A stretch of DNA of 64,000 nucleotides from NCBI GenBank assembly GCA_044344255.1, contig JBIJDH010000024.1, positions 62,812-126,811 of the forward strand, read 5' to 3'. Position numbers and translations under genes: made by a program. Every line of letters begins with the position of its first letter. Within the stretch, counting starts at the first letter, position 1. The notes under the pieces were generated by a model, which saw nothing but the letters and a program-made list of their open reading frames with translations, was not told where the DNA came from and did no database searches. This DNA comes from Myxococcota bacterium. GTDB taxonomy: Bacteria; Myxococcota_A; UBA796; UBA2385. Positions 55,909-64,000 of this stretch are shown in pieces.

Positions 55909-56723
55909 TTCTTCACGACGTCCTCGGCCGTGCTCCCGGCGATGAGCCGGCTCAGGCCCGAGCGACCGGCGCTCGACATGACGATGAGGTCAACCTGGCT
56001 GGCGAGGCGGAGGATGCCGTGCACCGCCGTCTCGTCGATGAGGGCGACGGCGCGGGCGTGCGTGGGCAGGGTCGCGCCGAGGGCCCGCTCCACCCGCTGG
56101 CAGATGCGGGCCTCGGCCGCCTCAGGATCTTCGAGGCCCGAGCCCGCCTCGATCACCGAGAGGTAGTCCACCTGCGCGTCCGCGGCCCGGGCGAGGGTCG
56201 CGGCGTGGAGGATGGCGGCGTCGTGGCGGGGCTCCTCGAGGTCGAGGGGACAGAGCAGCCGGCGGAGGCTCGTGAAGGGCCGCGGGCCGACGACGAGCGT
56301 GGGGACGGGCATCCCCCGCACGAGGCGGGTGGAGGTGGAGCCGAGCAGCAGGCGGTCGATGCCCGAGACCCCGGTGCGCCCGGCGACGACCAGATCGACC
56401 TTGTGCGCCTTACAGAGCTCCTCGCCCACGTCCTCGGGCAGGCCCTCCACCACGAAGATCCGCGCGCTGACGCCCGCCTCGGCGAGGCGGGCCTGGACGG
56501 CCTCGAGGTGGGTGCGGGCGCGCCGGTTGCGCTCGAGCTCCACCGGGCGGGAGGCCGAGTCCGGAGACAGGGGCCGCTCGCGGAGCAGCTTCGGGGGCAG
56601 GCCGGTGGCATGGGCGAGCAGCACCTCGCCGCGGCTGAGCTTCGCGAGGGCCACCACGGGGTCGAGGCATTGGTCTGCCCGCTCGCTCAGATCGCTCATC
56701 CACAGCAGATTCCTGTACATCAT
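55878..56723 (-). CDS. tandem-domain universal stress protein
   Basis: Two USP ends: DLVVAGRTGVSGIDRLLLGS and DLIVMSSAGRSGLSRLIAGS. Confidence 0.9.
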   Translation of the reverse strand: MMYRNLLWMSDLSERADQCLDPVVALAKLSRGEVLLAHATGLPPKLLRERPLSPDSASRPVELERNRRARTHLEAVQARLAEAGVSARIFVVEGLPEDVGEELCKAHKVDLVVAGRTGVSGIDRLLLGSTSTRLVRGMPVPTLVVGPRPFTSLRRLLCPLDLEEPRHDAAILHAATLARAADAQVDYLSVIEAGSGLEDPEAAEARICQRVERALGATLPTHARAVALIDETAVHGILRLASQVDLIVMSSAGRSGLSRLIAGSTAEDVVKKCPVSVLVAH

Positions 56724-56867
56724 CCCTCCCCGCTCACCCCCACGGGCGAGCCCGACCCGGGGGAGGATAGCGCCTCCGCGGCCCGGGAGCGAGCGAAGGG
56801 CGGGCGAGGCGTCCGAACCCGGCCGCCCCCGCTGGACCGCGGCCCCCGAGGGGCATAGGCCCACCGC

Positions 56868-57208
56868 ATGAGCTACCGCGCCGAGACGCTGGACGTCCGC
56901 CCCCTCTCCGGGCTCATGAAGGCCCTCGCCGACGACACCCGGCTGCGCATGGTGGCGCTGCTCACGCACGGAGAGCTCTGCGTCTGCCACCTCGCCGCCG
57001 CGCTCGCGCTCGGCCAGCCGAACACCTCCCAGCACCTCGCCGTGCTGCGGAACGCCGGGGTGGTCGACTCCCGCCGCTGCGGGAGCTGGGTCTACTACCG
57101 GCTCATCGCCCAGGCGGAGCCCACGCGGGCCGCGGTGCTGACGGCGCTCACCGCCGGCTACGCCGAGCAGGAGGGCCTCGCCGAAGACGTCGCCCGGCTC
57201 CGGGCCGC

Positions 57209-57233
<25 letters not shown>
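56868..57233 (+). CDS. arsR: ArsR family As(III)-responsive repressor
   Basis: KALADDTRL, GELCVCHL and SQHLAVLR motifs. Confidence 0.9.
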
Positions 57234-57652
<419 letters not shown>

Positions 57653-57663
57653 GCTCACCTCTC

Positions 57664-58746
57664 CTATGGCCTTGTGACAGACCCGGCGGGGACTGAAAAA
57701 TAGCGCGGCCGCAACCACAGGGCCACGCGGACGAGGCCGATCAGCACCGGCACCTCGACGAGGGGCCCGATCACCGCGGCGAAGGCGGCCCCGCTCCCGA
57801 TCCCGAAGGAGGCCACGGCGACGGCGATGGCCAGCTCAAAATTGTTGGAGGCCGCGGTGAAGGAGAGGGTGGCCGTCTGACCATAGGTGGCCCCGACCCT
57901 GCGGCTCATGAAGAAAGAGACGAAGAACATCACCACAAAGTAGATCAGCAGCGGGACGGCGATGCGCAGCACGTCGATGGGCAGCCGCACGATGGCCTCC
58001 CCCTTGAGCGAGAACATCACCACGATGGTGAACAGGAGCGCGACGAGCGTGATCGGCCCCACCCGCGGCACGAATTCACGCTCGAACCAGGCGAGGCCGC
58101 GCAGCCGCACGAGGCCCTGCCGGGTGACGAAGCCCGCCAGGAAGGGCAGGCCGAGGTAGACGGCCACGCTCCCCGCGATCTCGCCCATCGTGATGTTCAC
58201 CTCCGTCCCCGGCAGCCCGAGCCAGCCGGGGAGCACGGTGGCGAAGAACCACGCATAGACGGGGAAGAACAAGACCTGGAAGATCGCGTTGAAGGCGACG
58301 AGGCCCGCACAGTACTCGGTGTCGCCGTCTCCGAGCTCGTTCCAGACGATGACCATCGCGATGCAGCGCGCGAGGCCGATCAGGATCAGGCCGAGCATGT
58401 ACTCCGGCTGGTCATGCAGGAAGACCACCGCCAGCCCGAACATCAGGAGCGGCCCGACCACCCAGTTCTGCACGAGAGACAGGGCGAGCACCCGCTTGTC
58501 GCGGAACACGCGGCCGAGCTGCTCGTAGCGCACCTTCGTGAAGGGCGGGAACATCATCAGGATGAGGCCGACCGCGATGGGGATCGAGGTCGTGCCCACG
58601 CTCAAGCGGTCGAGCGCCGCCGGGACGGAGGGGGCGAGCCGCCCGAGCGCCACGCCGAGGCCCATCGCCAGGAAGATCCAGAGCGTGAGGTGCCGATCGA
58701 GGAAGGAGAGCCGGCCACGGAGCCCGGGCGCGGGGCTCAGCGACAT
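57664..58746 (-). CDS. acr3: Acr3 arsenite efflux transporter
   Basis: [30 protein letters not shown] and GPLVEVP motifs. Confidence 0.96.
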   Translation of the reverse strand: MSLSPAPGLRGRLSFLDRHLTLWIFLAMGLGVALGRLAPSVPAALDRLSVGTTSIPIAVGLILMMFPPFTKVRYEQLGRVFRDKRVLALSLVQNWVVGPLLMFGLAVVFLHDQPEYMLGLILIGLARCIAMVIVWNELGDGDTEYCAGLVAFNAIFQVLFFPVYAWFFATVLPGWLGLPGTEVNITMGEIAGSVAVYLGLPFLAGFVTRQGLVRLRGLAWFEREFVPRVGPITLVALLFTIVVMFSLKGEAIVRLPIDVLRIAVPLLIYFVVMFFVSFFMSRRVGATYGQTATLSFTAASNNFELAIAVAVASFGIGSGAAFAAVIGPLVEVPVLIGLVRVALWLRPRYFSVPAGSVTRP

Positions 58747-58903
58747 CGGGGGCCCTCCAATTCCAGACGGCCGTCAGGGGGCGCGGGCTTGAAGGCGCCC
58801 GCGGCGGTGGGAACATCGGGGGGGCGCTCAATGGACGGCATCATCACATCACCATATGCGCACTCCCTGAATTCGTGCAAGCGCCCGACCCGCCGGAGGG
58901 AAG

Positions 58904-59272
58904 ATGTCTCGCCTCGAAGTCTTTGATCCCGCGATGTGCTGCTCCACCGGCATCTGCGGCCCCGAGGTCAATCCCGCGCTGCCGCGCTTCGCCGCTGACC
59001 TCGAGTGGCTCAGCGCCCAGGGCGTCGAGGTGCTTCGGTACAACCTCTCGCAGCAGCCGGCCGCCTTCGCCGAGAACGAAGCGGTGAAGGCCGCGCTCGG
59101 GGAGCAGGGCCTCGACTGCCTGCCCCTCGTGCTGCTCGACGGCAAGGTGCTCTCGATGGGCGCCTACCCCTCCCGCGAGCAGCTCGCGACGCGGACGGCC
59201 CCGAAGCCCCGTGTGCCCCTCGGCAGCCGCCCCGCCTGTGGGCCCAAGCCGGACGGCTCCGCATGCTGCTGA
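58904..59272 (+). CDS. arsD: arsenite metallochaperone
   Basis: FDPAMCCSTGICG, RYNLSQQP and YPSREQL motifs. Confidence 0.95.
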   Translation: MSRLEVFDPAMCCSTGICGPEVNPALPRFAADLEWLSAQGVEVLRYNLSQQPAAFAENEAVKAALGEQGLDCLPLVLLDGKVLSMGAYPSREQLATRTAPKPRVPLGSRPACGPKPDGSACC

Positions 59273-61020
59273 GCGCGCTCCAGGCGCCCACGCGGGTGCT
59301 CTTCTTCACGGGCAAGGGCGGGGTCGGCAAGACCTCGGTCGCCTGCGCCACCGCCCTCCGCCTCGCGCGGGCTGGGCGGCGGGTGCTGCTCGTGAGCACC
59401 GACCCCGCCTCGAACCTCGACGAGGTGCTCGGCCTCCCGCTGCACCCCGAGCCCACCGCGGTGCCCGGCGCCCCCGGCCTCTCCGCCGCCAACCTTGACC
59501 CCGTCGCCGCGGCGGCCGCCTACCGGGAGCGGGTGGTCGGCCCCTACCGCGGCCTGTTGCCCGCCGTCGCCATCACCAGCATGGAGGAGCAGCTCTCCGG
59601 GGCCTGCACGGTCGAGATCGCGGCCTTTGACGAGTTCTCGAAGCTCCTCGGCGACCCCGCGGCCACCGCCGGCTACGACCACGTCCTCTTCGACACCGCC
59701 CCCACCGGCCACACGCTCCGCCTCCTCGAGCTGCCGTCGGCCTGGAGCGGCTTCCTCGAGTCCAGCGCCGGCGGCACCTCCTGCCTCGGGCCCCTCGCCG
59801 GCCTCGAGGGCCAGCGGGCGCTGTACGCCGCGACCGTGGCCGCGCTCGGCGACGCCGCCATCACCACGCTCGTGCTCGTCGCCCGCCCCGAGCCCGCCGC
59901 CCTCCGCGAGGCCGAGCGCACCCGCGTCGAGCTCCAGGCGCTGGGCGTCGAGAATCAGCTCCTGGTCCTCAACGGCGCCTTCCAGCCGACGGTCGCCGAC
60001 GACCCCGTCGCCGCCGCCTTCGCCGCCCGCGGGGAGGCCGCGCTGCGGGGCATGGCGCCCGGGCTGGCGGCGCTGCCCCGTGAGGTCTTGCCTCTGCTCG
60101 CCGCGGCGCCGATGGGCCTCGCCGGCCTGGGCGCCCTCCAGGGTGGCCTCAACGCCGCCGAGGTCGGCCTCGACGACGGCCCCCTCGCGCTCCCGGGCTC
60201 GCTCGCGCTCCTCGTCGATGCGCTCGTCTCCGGCGGCCACGGCGTCGTGATGACGATGGGGAAGGGCGGCGTCGGCAAGACCACGGTCGCCGCCGCCCTC
60301 GCCGTCGAGATCGCGCGCCGGGGCCACCCCGTGCACCTCTCCACCACCGATCCAGCGGCCCACGTCGCCGACGCCGTGGGCGAGGTCCTCCCCGGCCTCC
60401 GCCTCAGCCGGATCGACCCTGTCGCCGAGACAGAGGCCTACCGCGCCGAGGTGCTGGCGAAGGCCGGCGCCGGCCTGGACGCCCGCGGCCGCGCCCTGCT
60501 CGAGGAGGACCTCCGCTCCCCCTGCACCGAGGAGATCGCCGTCTTCCGCGCCTTCGCGCGGGTGGTGGCCGACGGGGCCGGCGGCTTCGTCGTGCTCGAC
60601 ACCGCCCCCACCGGCCACACGCTCCTGCTGCTCGACGCCAGCGAGGCCTACCACCGCGAGATCTCGCGCACGAGCGCCGACACGCCGGCCTTCGTGCGGG
60701 AGCTCCTCCCCCGGCTGCGCGACCCCGCCTACACGCGGGTGCTCTTGATCACGCTCCCCGAGGCCACCCCGGTGCACGAGGCGGCGATGCTCGGCCGCGA
60801 CCTCGAGCGCGCCGGCATCCACCCCTTCGGCTGGGTCATCAACGCGAGCCTCCGCCCGCTCCACCCGCTGGACCCCGTCCTCCGCGCCCGCCGCGCCCAC
60901 GAGCGCCCCTTCATCGAGGAGGTGCAGGCGATGGGCGGCCGCGTGGCCCTGGTGGCCTGGCAGGCCGAGGCGCCGACCGGGGCCGAGGGGCTCGCCCGCC
61001 TCCTCACGCTCCCCGCCTGA
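59263..61020 (+). CDS. arsA: arsenical pump-driving ATPase
   Basis: GKGGVGKT twice, DTAPTGH twice, and metalloid Cys in GACT, SCLGP and SPCTEE. Confidence 0.96.
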   Translation: MLLSALQAPTRVLFFTGKGGVGKTSVACATALRLARAGRRVLLVSTDPASNLDEVLGLPLHPEPTAVPGAPGLSAANLDPVAAAAAYRERVVGPYRGLLPAVAITSMEEQLSGACTVEIAAFDEFSKLLGDPAATAGYDHVLFDTAPTGHTLRLLELPSAWSGFLESSAGGTSCLGPLAGLEGQRALYAATVAALGDAAITTLVLVARPEPAALREAERTRVELQALGVENQLLVLNGAFQPTVADDPVAAAFAARGEAALRGMAPGLAALPREVLPLLAAAPMGLAGLGALQGGLNAAEVGLDDGPLALPGSLALLVDALVSGGHGVVMTMGKGGVGKTTVAAALAVEIARRGHPVHLSTTDPAAHVADAVGEVLPGLRLSRIDPVAETEAYRAEVLAKAGAGLDARGRALLEEDLRSPCTEEIAVFRAFARVVADGAGGFVVLDTAPTGHTLLLLDASEAYHREISRTSADTPAFVRELLPRLRDPAYTRVLLITLPEATPVHEAAMLGRDLERAGIHPFGWVINASLRPLHPLDPVLRARRAHERPFIEEVQAMGGRVALVAWQAEAPTGAEGLARLLTLPA

Positions 61021-61051
61021 ACGACGGGGGGCGCCGCGGCCTCCCCCGCGA

Positions 61052-61936
61052 TCAGGCCGCCGCGCCGGCCGACAGCGCCGAGGCCAGGAAGGCCGCGACG
61101 CCGACGCGGCCGCTGAGGCGGCGGTGCCCGCCCTCGAAGGCCACGCGGCCGCCGATCAGGCCCTCGGTCATCTCCTGCAAGAGGGCTGAGGCGTCGGCGG
61201 GGAAGCCGAAGCCGCGCAGGGTCTCGGCCATCACCGCCACCGGGGCCTCCGCCACCTGGACCGGGCGGCCGAGCTGGGCCGAGAGCGCGAGGGCCACGTC
61301 CTGGTAGGAGATCGGCTCGGAGCCGAGCTCGACCACGCGCGCGCCCTCGGCGGGCGGGCCCTCGAGGAGGAGGTCAGCGGCCGCCTCCCCGATGTCGACC
61401 GAGGCGATCATCGGCAGGCCGAGCCCGGCCGGCGTGAAGCTCGGCAGCAGGCCCTGGTCGAGCATCCCGAAGTTGCCCTGCAGGTTCTCCATGAAGGAGG
61501 CGGCGCGGAGGAAGCTGCTGCGGGTGGCGGGCAGGGCGCGGAGCCGGGCCTCGAGCGGGAAGAGGGCCTGGATGGGGCCGGTGCCGTCGGGGTGCTGGGC
61601 GCCGACCGACGAGAGGAGCACCACGTGGGGCGGGGCCGCGGCCGTGACAGCGGCGACCAGGGCGTCGCTCACCCGGGCCTGCCAGCCGCGCATGTCGCCG
61701 GTCGCGAGGTTGGGGGGCACGAGGAGGTAGGCCCCATCGACCCCCTCGAGGGCGCGGCCGAGGGCCGCCGCGTCGGTGACGTCGGCCAGGGCGAGCTCAG
61801 CGCCGCGGGCCACAAAGGGGGCCGCCTTGGCCTCATCCCGCACCACCACCCGCACGCGGTGGCCGCGAGAGAGGAGGGACTCGGCGACGACTCGACCGGT
61901 GTGACCGCTGACACCGAGGACCGCGAAGAGAGACAT
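61052..61936 (-). CDS. NmrA-like NAD(P)H-binding protein
   Basis: VLGVSGHTG, LSSVGA and LRAASFMEN motifs; AGGAG RBS. Confidence 0.9.
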   Translation of the reverse strand: MSLFAVLGVSGHTGRVVAESLLSRGHRVRVVVRDEAKAAPFVARGAELALADVTDAAALGRALEGVDGAYLLVPPNLATGDMRGWQARVSDALVAAVTAAAPPHVVLLSSVGAQHPDGTGPIQALFPLEARLRALPATRSSFLRAASFMENLQGNFGMLDQGLLPSFTPAGLGLPMIASVDIGEAAADLLLEGPPAEGARVVELGSEPISYQDVALALSAQLGRPVQVAEAPVAVMAETLRGFGFPADASALLQEMTEGLIGGRVAFEGGHRRLSGRVGVAAFLASALSAGAAA

Positions 61937-62053
61937 AGTGAGCTCCTGGACTGGGCGAAGGACGAGCGGGGCGACAGGGCGGAGCGCCGCGTCGCCGGCC
62001 CCTCCACTTCACCTGCCGCGAGTCATGAGCCCAATACACGGTGTTCATTCACC

Positions 62054-62072
62054 TCATGAGCGCAGCTCATGA
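62054..62072. promoter_or_regulatory. palindromic operator upstream of the NmrA-like gene (LysR-type)
   Basis: TCATGAGC-GCA-GCTCATGA perfect inverted repeat containing T-N11-A; another TCATGAGC half-site near 62023. Confidence 0.6.
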
Positions 62073-62116
62073 TCCCATGTGGGGATGGGCTCCCGCCGGG
62101 CTCCCGCACCGAACCA

Positions 62117-62162
62117 GTGGTCGGGTAGACCGGGGAGATACCTCCCCGGTCTACCTGACCAC
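62117..62162. repeat. 21-bp-stem palindrome (REP-like element or terminator)
   Basis: GTGGTCGGGTAGACCGGGGAG-ATAC-CTCCCCGGTCTACCTGACCAC with one G-T pair, followed by ATTCCTCCTCA x2. Confidence 0.85.
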
Positions 62163-62209
62163 CGATTCCTCCTCAATTCCTCCTCAAGGGTCACCCTAAA
62201 CTGCACCTC

Positions 62210-62659
62210 CTACATGCCTTCATTCCAGTCGCATCGCATAGAGAGATAGAGTTCGTTACACACCTCGGGTCTCCACGGACTTGGTTCGTTTTCGCATTCC
62301 GGCTCCGAAACCTGGTAGTATTCCTCCTGTGCGCTCCATTCTTTGATACATTGAGCCGCATCGCAGCTCCATGAGTCGTCCCACTCACATTTGTTGGAAG
62401 TATACCTTTCGTTGAGATAAAAACTAACGCACTCGTCGTAGGTCGTCGATCCAATGGTTTGGCATCTTACCTCGTGAGCACAAAAAACGGGAACGACTTC
62501 CGCTCCAAACTCCCGGACTGTTTGAAAGGATCCCTCGTATGGACAAGCCCCGCTGTCGTCAGAAGCAGTTCCATCGCCCTTGTTGTTGCACGCCGCGAGC
62601 AGACTCATTGCCAACAACAAAATTCGTGATCGTATCCAGGTTCGATCAATAGGACCCAA
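62210..62659 (-). CDS. acidic Cys-rich lipoprotein (start uncertain)
   Basis: RSRILLLAMSLLAA-C lipobox, about 10 Cys in the mature part, much lower GC than the core. Confidence 0.7.
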   Translation of the reverse strand: MGPIDRTWIRSRILLLAMSLLAACNNKGDGTASDDSGACPYEGSFQTVREFGAEVVPVFCAHEVRCQTIGSTTYDECVSFYLNERYTSNKCEWDDSWSCDAAQCIKEWSAQEEYYQVSEPECENEPSPWRPEVCNELYLSMRCDWNEGM

Positions 62660-63998
62660 AGTAATCCTCGTTGTCGGGCCATTCAAAGCCGTTGAAGTAG
62701 ACCGATAGAGTTCCGGCAAGAAAGTCGGCGATTCTTGGAGTCCCATCATGAGGGACGATATCCCCATTTGCCATGGAGACAATTCCAACGTTTTCAACAG
62801 CCGAGTCCATATCCGGCGGGAACAGATAGGCACAAGCGGAGGTTCCGGCCCAGCTTCCTGTATGGTAACTTGCCCCGATTCCCCATCTGCCCGATTTGCC
62901 ATCCCGAACCTCGGCGTAATGCCCAAGCCTTGATTCATCAATAAACCAAGCAAGGGACCTGCCAGAGAAGACATTTTTTCGCATGCTGAGCACGTCATTT
63001 CGACTCAGAATATTCAAAAGTCGCCCTGTCGGATCGATGCTTGGTGTGTAGAGGTCAAACAACCTCTGGTCGGTCATGAACTTGCAGTAGTCGCTGACGG
63101 TTGAGACAAGTCCTCCGGCTGTATCCGTGTGATCGATCCGCCGTCCTCCCCCATATGCCACGGAAATCCGTGGACCGTCACCGCCATTATAGTCGTCCGC
63201 AGATAGGATGGATGGACTGACTGGATACCTCACCGTTTTGTCGTTCACAAAATACGGTGCTTCCCCCGGATACGCCTCCTCTGCCGTGGGACGGGCGGCA
63301 AAGGTATGATGCATCCCGAGTGGTTCCAGAATCAGCGCCTTCACCGCATCATACCATCCCGTCCACTCCGAAGCCCCGGTGCCGCGCTCCAGGATACGCC
63401 CCAGGAGCATGTATCCGAAGTTGGAATATTTTAGAGTGGTTCCGGGCTCAGACCACTTGAATGGACCGTTCTCTGGGGCCAGCCCAGCCTGCGAAAATGC
63501 GTACAATACCCTCATGGGGCGACTGACGGGTATCGAGATTTGGTGTAAATACACTGAATTCCAGCTTGAAACAAGCCTCGCATGGTCGAGGATGATCTTC
63601 GGGTCGCCGCCGTGCCATATATCCCACGTCGGCGTTAGGCAATACCCATCGTCCTCGCACCAACCCGCGGCGTGCAGCATCAAGTGCTGGATCGTAATGT
63701 TGTCCAGATGTCGTGTCTCCGACAGGGAGCTGAAGGGATAGCCAAATTCGACCACCACCTCATCGGGCGTCAGCCGTTCGGTGTGGGAGGGCAGCGCATC
63801 CGGGAAGGGCGTATCCAGGGTCATCGGATCGCCCGCATGATCCTCCACCCCGTCGACCAGCATCCGTTTGACCGCAAAAGCCGTGATCGGCTTGGTCAGG
63901 CTTGCGATGCGGTACAGCGTGTTCGGACAGGCGATGAACGGGCCGCCGTACCAGTCGGCGTCGGGGATATCACTCCAATATTTCAGATTGGTATAGCC
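62646..63998 (-). CDS. serine hydrolase, beta-lactamase/PBP-like family (5' end outside the window)
   Basis: YRIASLTKP (SxxK), YSNFGY (YxN) and HTG motifs; frame open to the window edge. Confidence 0.92.
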   Translation of the reverse strand, partial: GYTNLKYWSDIPDADWYGGPFIACPNTLYRIASLTKPITAFAVKRMLVDGVEDHAGDPMTLDTPFPDALPSHTERLTPDEVVVEFGYPFSSLSETRHLDNITIQHLMLHAAGWCEDDGYCLTPTWDIWHGGDPKIILDHARLVSSWNSVYLHQISIPVSRPMRVLYAFSQAGLAPENGPFKWSEPGTTLKYSNFGYMLLGRILERGTGASEWTGWYDAVKALILEPLGMHHTFAARPTAEEAYPGEAPYFVNDKTVRYPVSPSILSADDYNGGDGPRISVAYGGGRRIDHTDTAGGLVSTVSDYCKFMTDQRLFDLYTPSIDPTGRLLNILSRNDVLSMRKNVFSGRSLAWFIDESRLGHYAEVRDGKSGRWGIGASYHTGSWAGTSACAYLFPPDMDSAVENVGIVSMANGDIVPHDGTPRIADFLAGTLSVYFNGFEWPDNEDYFGSY

Positions 63999-64000
63999 CC

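Noticed and set aside
62100..62200. Hairpin ending CTACCCGAC on the minus strand, resembling group II intron domain VI
   Set aside because: No domain V upstream, no bulged A (it is paired), and no RT/maturase gene.
62646..64000. Calling the serine hydrolase or the MBL protein (50512-51486) antibiotic-resistance beta-lactamases
   Set aside because: The motifs define only the superfamily; substrate cannot be inferred from them.

Overview
GC-rich bacterial chromosomal window (roughly 70-75% GC by eye). The DAD-repeat lipoprotein, the cbb3 layout and the sigma54 promoters suggest a Myxococcota/deltaproteobacterium-like host, but that is inference. Core content: a complete cbb3 cytochrome oxidase locus (ccoNOQPG, mini-ccoH, ccoI, ccoS) with a divergent small-ORF/DsbD_2/USP unit and two back-to-back sigma54 promoters; an arsenic resistance cluster (arsR, arsC, acr3, arsD, arsA) plus a distant second arsC-like gene; and many housekeeping or catabolic genes (GMC oxidase, PlsC, GloA, beta-carbonic anhydrase, two GT87, DEDDh exonuclease, M28 peptidase, amidase/LysR, PPK2, radical SAM, SlyD, MoxR, transglycosylase). 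Four accessory patches look compositionally different. (1) 16.7-18.9 kb: an HTH-ImmA/IrrE metallopeptidase coupled to a probable permuted papain-like cysteine hydrolase. (2) 27.25-32.16 kb: an integrase-free island bounded by 147-bp direct repeats, carrying two coupled P-loop ATPases, a Cys-rich lipoprotein and gene scraps. (3) 40.3-43.1 kb: an excisionase-HTH/PIN toxin-antitoxin pair whose toxin is cut off by two diverged secreted paralogs, next to an RNA ligase-metallophosphoesterase pair. (4) Beyond 62.1 kb: a serine hydrolase and Cys-rich lipoprotein cassette ending at a 21-bp-stem palindrome. No CRISPR array, rRNA, tRNA, transposase or integrase was seen. All family calls come from motif recognition by eye; no database searches were run, and several start codons are best guesses.
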